DNA of 56,564 bases from Pseudomonadota bacterium (GTDB taxonomy: Bacteria > UBA10199 > 2-02-FULL-44-16 > JBDRGF01): assembly GCA_043818055.1 (NCBI GenBank), contig JBDRGF010000003.1, forward strand, positions 1 to 56,564. The letters run 5' to 3'. The notes beneath the pieces are model-generated. The model was not told where the DNA came from. It saw nothing but the letters and a program-made list of their open reading frames with translations, and did no database searches. Position numbers and translations under genes: made by a program. Within the stretch, counting starts at the first letter, position 1. The number at the start of each line of letters is the position of its first letter. Positions 34,701-40,154 of the stretch are shown piece after piece.

Positions 34701-37044
34701 GAAAATATCTTTTATCCCTATGATCCAATAGTTCAGAGGCATTGTTGGCAGTAGAAATTTCCATTTGCAGTTCATTTTCTGAAATTTCCTGCATACGAAA
34801 TTGTTCGATGTTGGCCATAGAGCCTGCCTCACACCCAACAGTGTTCACTCTTTCACTATCTTTCTTTAAAAAATCCCCCCAAAGCCCGTAATTAAGCGCT
34901 GCGCAAACGAGATGCGCATTTATATTTTCACCAACATAGTATTTATCATTGCTCACCGGATATTTCAGTGTCCCGCTTAGGGTGTTTTTCCATGTCCCTT
35001 CTGTTGTGCTTGTTGTACCTATATCATCAGTCTCTGTCGAACTTTCATCATCTTTAACAATTTCACCCAATACCTTATTTTCTGGTTCTTCAGGTTCTTC
35101 AGGCTCTTCTGTACTTTCTTCAAAAGTCACAATCTCTGTAAACTTCTTCGGATTTTCATATCCTGTGAAGATACTCTTATCTATCACAACATCCCTGTTT
35201 TCCGTGGAGCGCGGTGAGACATATGATCGTGTTATCTCAACATCCATTCCTCCCTTGCCCGGCAGCACCAAATCTGTATAGCTCAAATTAAGACTTCCAT
35301 CGGCCAGATTAACAGCTTCACCGTTGGAATAATACTGAAATGGAGTATATGCATTTGAACTGGTTTGTGATCTCGCTGTCATTGGGATTATCAATATCAC
35401 AATGACGATTAGATATTTATATAATGGAATAAATTTTTTAAAACGGAATGATTTGAAAAATGAAACTAATGTTTTAATTTCGACTTTGATCAAACTCAAT
35501 ATCAATAATGCTGTGAAGAAAAATATCGCAATCCAGATCGGAACATCTCCCCAAAATGTGTAGAGAGAAAAAGTATGATATGGAATGAGACTTGCGTTGA
35601 ACCACTTGGATCCGTTTTTGGTATCCAGCTCTTCAAGGACTTTTCCGGATGGAGAAACGACTGTTGAAATGCCCTGATTGGCAACTCTGATGAATGAAAC
35701 CCGATTTTCTATTGATCTGAATATAGAATGAGCTCTGTGTTGCAAAATACCTGAAGATTTCGCATACCACCCATCATTTGAGAGATTCACAATAAATTTG
35801 GCACCCTCAACCACCCATCTCCTTGTGAGCGGAGGAAAGATATCCTCAAAGCATATCTGCACACCAAATTTAATGCCGTTTAAATAAAAGAGCTTAAATT
35901 TTTTGCCGGGTTCGGTGTCTATATCCGATGCGAATGCATATTTGATGAACGGAAATTCATCGGGAATATACTCTCCAAGTGGGACGAGATGCGTCTTGTC
36001 ATAGCTGTTTCTTATATTATCCTGTTCGACGAGCAACGCGCTATTCCATTGTTTTTGCATATCTTTGGGAAAGAGTGTCATGCTTCCTAGAAGTATTGGT
36101 GAACTCAGACTCGGTACGATATTTGATGGCATCACTTTTAAATCGCGGCTGATATGGTAAGGTATGGCTGTCTCTGGCCATACGATCATATCCGGACCTA
36201 AGTCTGCGGCCTCTAGTGTCAGAGTTTTATATCGCTCTATGATTGATTCGCTATATTTTGGATCCCACTTTTCCTTTTGTGAAATATGACCGGGAATTCC
36301 AATAATTTTTATCGCCTGATTATTAGAGTTAAAATGCTCGACCTGGGCGATACGAAGCACACCATAAGTGAGGTTAACAATTAAAAGAATGGCAACAACG
36401 ACAAAACTACGTCGAGCTAATCTCATCTCATTGAGTACGAATAATCGAATTCCTTCATAAATCAGAACATTGACAGTTATAATCAAAAACGAAATCCCCA
36501 AAACACCAAAAATATCCGCCGATTGAATTAAATAGAGATAGCGCTGTTGGCTGTAACCCAGATTGATCCATGGAAATCCTCCCAGCGGGAAAAAATTCGT
36601 GAGATATTCGAAGAATATCCAGGCAAGGGGGAGAACTAAGAAAAGTGGGAATTTAGTGCGTCTATTTATGTGTATAGCTGATGTAAATGCCAGGCCTATG
36701 TATAGAGCAATCATAAAGACCACAAACCCGAGACACGCCAGGCTCGCTATGGAGGAATACCCTGCACTGTGATGAAGCGCCGAATATATCCACGATAAGG
36801 AAAACGAAGAAAATACGATCCCAAAAACAAAGCTTTTTTGAAAAATCCCCTTTAGAGAACTTCCATGTATTGAGAATAATAACGGCAGTAAACCGACCCA
36901 GGCCAAAAATGCGAGGTTTGGAATTGATTTGCCCAAAATTACAATAGGAAATGAAAGGGCTAAGACTATTCCAGAAAGAAGAGGCAAAAGTTTCTTTCTC
37001 AACAAAACCAGTTCTAATTTTCGCGCAATTAGCGCTTTTAACAT
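24670..37044 (-). CDS. Fusion of apolipoprotein N-acyltransferase (Lnt) and a double RHS-repeat protein with a variable C-terminal domain (4124 aa)
   Basis: One uninterrupted ORF. N-terminal ~520 aa carry Lnt motifs (GGFPW..LGYSQ, WPETA, YDKTHLVPLGEY, QICFEDIF, NLSNDGWY, RSIEN...RVANQGIS). Two DUF6531-like starts, YD repeats and two RHS-associated cores follow. Confidence 0.9.
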   Translation of the reverse strand: MLKALIARKLELVLLRKKLLPLLSGIVLALSFPIVILGKSIPNLAFLAWVGLLPLLFSIHGSSLKGIFQKSFVFGIVFSSFSLSWIYSALHHSAGYSSIASLACLGFVVFMIALYIGLAFTSAIHINRRTKFPLFLVLPLAWIFFEYLTNFFPLGGFPWINLGYSQQRYLYLIQSADIFGVLGISFLIITVNVLIYEGIRLFVLNEMRLARRSFVVVAILLIVNLTYGVLRIAQVEHFNSNNQAIKIIGIPGHISQKEKWDPKYSESIIERYKTLTLEAADLGPDMIVWPETAIPYHISRDLKVMPSNIVPSLSSPILLGSMTLFPKDMQKQWNSALLVEQDNIRNSYDKTHLVPLGEYIPDEFPFIKYAFASDIDTEPGKKFKLFYLNGIKFGVQICFEDIFPPLTRRWVVEGAKFIVNLSNDGWYAKSSGILQHRAHSIFRSIENRVSFIRVANQGISTVVSPSGKVLEELDTKNGSKWFNASLIPYHTFSLYTFWGDVPIWIAIFFFTALLILSLIKVEIKTLVSFFKSFRFKKFIPLYKYLIVIVILIIPMTARSQTSSNAYTPFQYYSNGEAVNLADGSLNLSYTDLVLPGKGGMDVEITRSYVSPRSTENRDVVIDKSIFTGYENPKKFTEIVTFEESTEEPEEPEEPENKVLGEIVKDDESSTETDDIGTTSTTEGTWKNTLSGTLKYPVSNDKYYVGENINAHLVCAALNYGLWGDFLKKDSERVNTVGCEAGSMANIEQFRMQEISENELQMEISTANNASELLDHRDKRYFQEYFLGTPQEMNFKEEIYPLGAIKSNGDNLVWTPPNDTWIFAGGKYVAAVVFRNVMPFSRMDVENPTEMMVFLLKADGSYDVFDKTGRRMGYTDGYNQRALEFYSGNDRVDTPMQTADDFFSTNAFAQENLKKGIGITGTVELIKSAFPVSLVYNDAHKLNLDRLILNEIDGGKYIFNRFKKYTIYSQLMTKYIDVIDGCSDGSCESGMGCKCPNGGAGPKCCSIYTKYGIYFYKNRIDHIPHWDISLYMLSEERDEHDHSITYDHSLNSYQKDYWMRIKDTVDRNIDMSFDPNNIVYLQMPNNKKWGYHYSSANRIGKIIDPAGRETTIRYSPAESNLPLVRHWNFNQKVPDTFVEIRYPSGGVMRYEAVKGYGDIAHSEILTTEFPDDRDASIYYQKYITIDRSENEGIVTKIYKSDGSVYKYIHKIIKLSNELSDFEKVMQHMKYSIIFSVNHFDKIPLLIRRELNPGQANAVVDDYTWKISKRDGREVVDGLEKVITTEKGVSFEKSYTYDDSGRVSSYTDELGNIITFKYDDAQGIKDPILADSLKQIVRKVTRTKRNADGGKDTIEIIYHSTGADICSGAALSKRKINRISVRLNAQDEEIIKEYCFDADGNIVKETNLDNSKDEFEYYKGTFLHKIKNESGETTLTYDENIGKLISIADQDGRTINYKYNDVGQLTRVDYPNNSYVAHQYGERYRLDNSTQENKISTDIFDSARNQHRITTRYFDGINRLTLLKKGENETRYSYGQNKMATTIVFPGEKRYNFKYDGLDRVRSITYPGGKDVTYSYEPTTLNNSFVHKLDILYNGQLYATHYRDAKDKVIRSVQYPGGNLSPVTTDYQFDEFENLIKIKSPEGMITKNTYDHYQRLKGRVYPNGDKVEMNNISNENGLLDSLVLQDSVLGSVTAKFNYDTDHRLTNVDYPGIGGGELNDYKVEYADQHVSAIIDAFGRTEFKYSPDGILNKISQDIPGTELSDSIQYGEDGFGTTYWIGYPDGTIVYYLTDDHGRVSEIRMGSTQGKLIAEIGYDDSGNLQKIKYGNGIVNSYTYDSFGKVIEIQIARENEIINQLTYTYDMWGNKSSMTYLDGSKVEFKYDGLKQLIEARYFRPEENTPYNIQSYSYDGDGNRISYSDAYKNEQYEYTTGMMTKVRVGSQVERSQKYDIRGNLIDEVEKKAGKESFHKTFEYDFQDRLTKTTLKDEKNSNLNLEFTYDYASRRTEKKVNGKTKQYYIYGKSTEPMVEFNGKGEIERLFIYLGGRRIAAFENEEFQFNHLDEMANLIHTTDDKGRVTETLRYDPFGNVNFRLGLTKNKYLFNSKEYDNETGLFYYGARYYDAKTGRFITRDPMEDGINHYIFARNNALCNEEYMGMGSIAKKILKVVIGVVTGTLTAVITGNPSAGLYVGLVAAGGMLSQEFASGGSDAYVVSFSYTGSSPDIDDDQGWRGRIGINSGTTPSHGQPIETGEVGNNGCMSNRLCISIGNGGTFVSTDGGNSLYNAKLGSRYSGGGFGNNYTGTSGNGDGSSGALDGGASNGYGLGFDISMSSSSSFSPINTNPLNSSNQFPSYNDVYGNSVTSDIAGGTSFTNIGLPVSSPVVAANPVNRTFEPFHLSSSEDTFTGRGSTPPPPTTINMPLGFNQQDDTPIALVQGAMQNITANNTVADPVMLFSGDLLQVATDLKIPGRGIDYEFKRTYRSRLDYDGPLGYGWDHNYNMRLVEMDAGLKIRRFDGDARYDDYTLKANRYVAPAGRFDRLIKRDDGTYQIRDSHGTIYEYRTDGFISSIKDRNQNQLTFQYTKVGDETVLDSVTDSLGRVIDYQYNAPGKLTSIIDFSGRTVRFDYNDKGDLIAVHSPIVDGYPDGKITRYKYSDEHNLLTVTDPAGQTYLKNEYSSTDRVVKQYLGSKAFDFTYYRKREFYTCTPESDPSMEVSRTTVIDRNGNQKGLSFNCQGNPLKVTEFTRGMRFDDPASFVTSYTYNLDGLVTSETKPEGNRTEYRYQNMNTGEPAVDKLYVANRIEERKIPDSVRGGSPLITKYAYEPVYNQIKEITEPGNATSTFHFDYQENSTVAILAAKMGVTENIAQTLLTGLTISMGDINDDQKTNQIAGNMLRKDLPAITRADGTVELLSYRYQYNQFGQRTVKEDPDSSRDEYQYDNSGYLAKVIQGAGKENVVNLYEHDSVGNITAFVDGNSNRYEYTINPLNQVVAEKMPSTFNIVRTIKYDGNDNPIQIDEPNLDDKGNPIDGNPTITTQLKYDMLNRLTARTQEVAQNKNVLTEYRYDANENLTRIIQPEGNSIAIKYDERDLPYQTTHGFGSQDASTFTIAYDGNKNRIAIEDGEGNEAKYIYDGFDRLIQEIDASGSKTEYSYNDRGDRTAILKKGKPDGQSSTEVSLQNISLLYDEIGRLVQKEEAVLDAGTLTGKRTTKYEYSGNNQISKLVDALGNSTTYTYDGLDRVTKSIDPKGNEIETTYDDNGNISKQISREVDDITNTKVEYASSIIYDSLNHPVTLTDNLGHMKQHRYDSRGNLLYTSDSNDTLGVDLGPNQGEGNITRFSYDGLGRLIQQIQELTDNGAGSGSKTGEIVTKYAWDTNSRLASITDAKNHTTEFTYDALNRRIKTIMADGSAYQSKYDRNSNVIETQDPAGFIVNFVYDSSNYLTQKRIELGSTYIGSELFEYNGVGNMVKAVNMDDSDQTISTVLQTYDSLGNLLKEEQNGKSVTSKYDIKGRRERLTYPSGKVLNFTHDTIDRVTNIDDTKIGKLSQMTWINRGQVGKMEYLNGTSVTKEYDKLKRTIKHINQFADQSIIAGFESAYDKADNRLYDDFVHNANKGNAYSYDSLSRLTQVAYDLSVPKTNFSNPQSGTYSTSEAFAMDSLHNWVTKTKRLDSQDPTKKLTTTFISNDMNAYLTAVTTETAEQKDYHYDVNGNMKDDDRFKYTYDYRNYLIEVKDKATDQQVASYQYDALGRRISKSVSNVTTTFIYDGVNVIEEQVGGKTSATFTSLPLYKGELEGVGVDSIISMERDNNIYYYHTDTSGNIVALTDSKGALVERYSYSAYGEVEIHDAGGALLAQSGVDNPYLYAGREYDPETNLYYNRARTYNPELGRFMQQDPLGFVDSLNRYAYVMNNPINFVDPFGLARMAGGATYNGDVMQYLSDWTNEAARISFENAQRSTDIFSYSLNTINHAVYGTANFLMPTQEEMFAIAASGGGSVISYGASRMNFATRSAIDIADNAWLRTAPIILNAGEKILSNYLQNSQTYNQVAKGVVSGVLAGLTDQKTGLPPTSNDAISYWVSFTIERYVEFFTSIDLSKDMIKSYINENNNFILRNNVSEHMNTIQPRKD
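35480..37044 (-). other. lnt: Lnt domain of the fusion protein
   Basis: Nitrilase-fold Glu-Lys-Cys triad motifs all present, plus the N-terminal TM bundle and final TM helix. Confidence 0.92.
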
Positions 37045-37168
37045 TTCTAGCCTCCCTTAACGGCAAAATGGTCAATTTTTGCGCAATGTATTCTTATCTA
37101 TTATCGTCAGTTATAAAAAAAGTTTCGTATTATTTTATCCGAAACAATGAAAAATTTACAAAATCATT

Positions 37169-37185
37169 TGCAACATCCATGCCAA
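37169..37185 (-). promoter_or_regulatory. Sigma-54 (-24/-12) promoter of the Lnt-RHS operon
   Basis: Minus strand TTGGCATGGATGTTGCA, near-consensus, GG-N10-GC. Confidence 0.82.
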
Positions 37186-37259
37186 ATAGAGTGGTTTTGT
37201 TATCCTATTGAATATTATAGCTTTTTGTATTTTTCACATAAGGCGGATTTAAGAAAAGT

Positions 37260-37296
37260 GTTCGATTTCTTAGACTTTTAGTCCAGCTTTTTAGAC
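37260..37296. promoter_or_regulatory. Tandem enhancer (bEBP upstream activating) sites
   Basis: GTTCGATTTCTTAGAC (37260-37275) and GTCCAGCTTTTTAGAC (37281-37296), about 75 bp upstream of the -24 element. Confidence 0.65.
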
Positions 37297-37433
37297 TTTT
37301 TCGCATTCCATCACAGTTTGCGCCCTGTGACAGAAGTCACCAATTTTAGCTGATGTTTAATTTATCAGGGTTTGCAAAGATATTATTAAGATCTGAACCG
37401 GGAAGATGGGTAACAGATTGAACTGATAATGCA

Positions 37434-37595
37434 AAAAACCTTCTCCCCATCCGTCCAAAACGCTCTCCTCCATCTGCCCAAAAGCACTCACCCCCTTCCG
37501 CCCTACGGGCACCTTCCCCCGTCAAGGGGGAAGGGCAGAGAGGAAAATGTCATTGAGGGCACCTTCCCCCGTCTCAGCCAGAGGCTGATCTGCAT
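37434..37595. repeat. REP-like palindrome cluster, second copy of the 5786-5970 element
   Basis: GGGCACCTTCCCCCGTCAAGGGGGAAGGGCAGAGAGGAAAATGTCATTGAGGGCACCTT...CAGCCAGAGGCTGATCTGC. Confidence 0.8.
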
Positions 37596-37617
37596 CGAGA
37601 TGAAAAATGACACGGTT

Positions 37618-39990
37618 TTAGACTAGCGATTCTAGTGATGAGAGGGAGATTGGTTTTGGGATTATGGATGTTATGCCTGCTGCATTTGCCATCGCTTTGA
37701 ATTCTTCGTCGTCAAATTTGCCGGTGCACATGTGAATTGTTTTAACGCCCTGCTCTTTTAAGTATCTCACTATATCAAGACCCGTCAAAGGGCTGCCTTT
37801 GAATTCATAATCTACTATAGCTGCTTTTATGGTGCTGAAATCGAGTTTCATTCCCATTATCTCTTCTGGGCTCTTGGCAGTGATAGGCTGGAGTTTGAAT
37901 TGTGCTTGTATCAGATCGTTCCATTGCAGGATCATTCCTATGTCGTCGTCCACGACGAGAATGTTGGCGGTGGAGGATGAAGAAACCAAGGGCGCATGTG
38001 ATGGAGAAACCCACCCCCTTCCGGCCTGATCGTCATCATTTATCAAAGGTTGGCCACCTTCCCCCTGAAGGGGAAGGGCATATGGTATTTCAATTAAAAA
38101 GATAGTTCCCTTTCCTAGTTCACTTTCGACTGCTATCGTTCCGCCGTGGGCTTCGATGACGTTTTTACAATATGATAGGCCAAGGCCTGTCCCTTTTACT
38201 TTTCCCTTTGTAAAAAAGCTGTCGAAGATTTTATCCAGACTTTCTTTTTCAATACCATTGCCATTATCTGCAACCGTTATCTTGAGAGAATCCCCTTCTG
38301 ATTTCACTGTAATTTTAACTTCTCCTGAGACACCATCATCGATTGCCTGAATAGCGTTAGTGATAAGATTGATCAAAACACGCCCCATACGATAGTGATC
38401 AATTTTTGCAACGATATCATCGCTGATATCAAAGGTAAGCTTAACACCTCTTTCATTTGCAAACTTTTGAACCTCATTATTGACAGTAGATTCGACAAGA
38501 CTTTTTACTGATGTAAGAACCGGCTCTACCTTCGAAGCTTTAGCATAATCGAGCAGTTCATCCGCCATACGATTTAGTTTATAGGTGCTATCTTTTAATG
38601 CTTTCTTTGCGTCTTCGTCGGGAGTCTCCTTTTGAAGATACCAGTTGATCGTAGATATCGGGGAGCGCATGTCGTGGGCAACATGTGAAGAGATCTTGCC
38701 TATCGCTGCCAGCAGCATATTGCTTTCTGCCTTTTTTCTATATTCCTCTTTTGTCTTAATCGCGCCGTCTATAGATTCCATCATATTATTAAAAATCGTG
38801 CCAAGCTCTTTTGTCTCTGACGTTCCGCTGACCGGCGCTTTGAGATTCGATATGCCGTGATTCTTTACCTGCTTCATCACCTTCACAAGGTTGATGATCG
38901 GCACAGTGAGAGTCCGTGCAAAGAGAAGAGACAAAACAACTGCTATAATAAAAAATGTGATCGATATGTATAGTATCTTGTGTGATAGGATTTTACCCGC
39001 GATCTGCATCTCGTCAACATACACAGTTGAAGCAACATACCAGTCCAAAGGTTTAAAATATGCTACATATGATTGTTTTAGGTATTTGTAATCGCCTGGA
39101 TTATCCGGTTTATCCCATAGATATTCGAACGGCTGATCGGGATATTTTGAGGCTTCAATCAGCTCTTGAACAATATTTTTCTTTGTCACCGGATCGAGGA
39201 GATTGGAAACATCCTGATCGGCGAGGTATGGATGGATAAGCATCTTTTTATTGCCGTCAAAAACAAATAGATACCCTGTCTTGGCGATCTTGATCTTTGA
39301 AAAGGTATTTTTTAGCCCTTCAAAGATTTTATTCTTTCGAACCTGCATCTCTTTTTCAATTTCATCGATATAAACCCCTGTGCCGATCACCCACTCCCAT
39401 TTTGGATACATCTTGACATAGGTCATCTTCTGTAAAGGTTCTTCTTCATTGAGTTTTCTCCACCAGTAATATGTATATCCCTCTCCGTCACTGTGCGCTA
39501 TATCCATAAAAGACTGACCGATATTCTTTCCATTGATATCGACAAGCTTTAATAAATTCGAGTACATCAATTTGGGATCCGGGTGTGAAAGGATGATGGC
39601 TTTTTTATCCATGATGAAAAAATAATTATCCTCTCCGTATCTGAATTTTCTCACACCCTCGATTGCAAGAGCTTTAGCTGTTTTTTCCGAAATGGTCCCA
39701 TTTTTTGCCTTATCGTATAATTCATCAATATATGTGATTACGATTTCATCCAGATATTTCAACTGTCGTTCGAATTTTTCTGTTATTGTCTTTTTATTAA
39801 ATATGAGGGTGTCGTATTCGTTTTCGATATTGAGCATGACTAGTTTGAGCGCGTTTTTTGCAGCTTCCTGCTCCGACCTCGTCATCGCCTTTTCAACCTC
39901 TTTGCGGGCGAACAACAGAAATGTCGCTGTCATCATCAAGATGACACCAAAAATGATAAAGAGAATTCTGAATCTCAGTGATTTAAACAT
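37618..39990 (-). CDS. Hybrid histidine kinase: tandem Cache domains, HAMP, HisKA, HATPase, receiver
   Basis: TM, YFFI.D.....SHP...D.NG...YWW.K...K.TYVK...WEWVIGTGVYID (Cache_2, repeated), TM, HAMP, AHDMRSP, FFTKGKVKGTGLGL, ILVVDDD. Confidence 0.92.
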   Translation of the reverse strand: MFKSLRFRILFIIFGVILMMTATFLLFARKEVEKAMTRSEQEAAKNALKLVMLNIENEYDTLIFNKKTITEKFERQLKYLDEIVITYIDELYDKAKNGTISEKTAKALAIEGVRKFRYGEDNYFFIMDKKAIILSHPDPKLMYSNLLKLVDINGKNIGQSFMDIAHSDGEGYTYYWWRKLNEEEPLQKMTYVKMYPKWEWVIGTGVYIDEIEKEMQVRKNKIFEGLKNTFSKIKIAKTGYLFVFDGNKKMLIHPYLADQDVSNLLDPVTKKNIVQELIEASKYPDQPFEYLWDKPDNPGDYKYLKQSYVAYFKPLDWYVASTVYVDEMQIAGKILSHKILYISITFFIIAVVLSLLFARTLTVPIINLVKVMKQVKNHGISNLKAPVSGTSETKELGTIFNNMMESIDGAIKTKEEYRKKAESNMLLAAIGKISSHVAHDMRSPISTINWYLQKETPDEDAKKALKDSTYKLNRMADELLDYAKASKVEPVLTSVKSLVESTVNNEVQKFANERGVKLTFDISDDIVAKIDHYRMGRVLINLITNAIQAIDDGVSGEVKITVKSEGDSLKITVADNGNGIEKESLDKIFDSFFTKGKVKGTGLGLSYCKNVIEAHGGTIAVESELGKGTIFLIEIPYALPLQGEGGQPLINDDDQAGRGWVSPSHAPLVSSSSTANILVVDDDIGMILQWNDLIQAQFKLQPITAKSPEEIMGMKLDFSTIKAAIVDYEFKGSPLTGLDIVRYLKEQGVKTIHMCTGKFDDEEFKAMANAAGITSIIPKPISLSSLESLV

Positions 39991-40104
39991 GTGATAATCT
40001 TTATCAGGAGTTTGTATTAAATAGCAATATTGAACTTGTTCGGGATTGGTTAGAATCGACTTAGGATGTTAACATTTGATTTAACGTCACATTAGACGTC
40101 CCCT

Positions 40105-40129
40105 GGGCGGGTTTGAAACCCGCCCCTAC
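40105..40129 (-). repeat. GTAG-type REP palindrome
   Basis: GTAGGGGCGGGTTTCAAACCCGCCC on the minus strand. Confidence 0.8.
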
Positions 40130-40154
40130 AAAAACATCGAAAACCGACTTCGGT

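Noticed and set aside
10929..36772. Numerous plus-strand ORFs within the adhesin and RHS genes
   Set aside because: Antisense shadows of long real genes, with no recognisable motifs
9414..37044. T6SS, CDI or Tc-toxin locus
   Set aside because: No PAAR, VgrG, Hcp, EagR, TpsB/POTRA or TcA/SpvB signatures; the RHS follows a Sec-type signal-like segment
36662..37075. Alternative-frame ORF overlapping the lnt start (possible frameshift)
   Set aside because: The main frame already encodes a continuous Lnt N-terminus with a GGAGG RBS; this frame has no recognisable features
37429..37626. ORF 37429-37626 and ORFs 48191-48466, 48228-48506, 49818-50069, 49842-50033
   Set aside because: They are translations of REP palindromes (e.g. 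VGAGLKPA, HLPPSRGKG) in intergenic DNA
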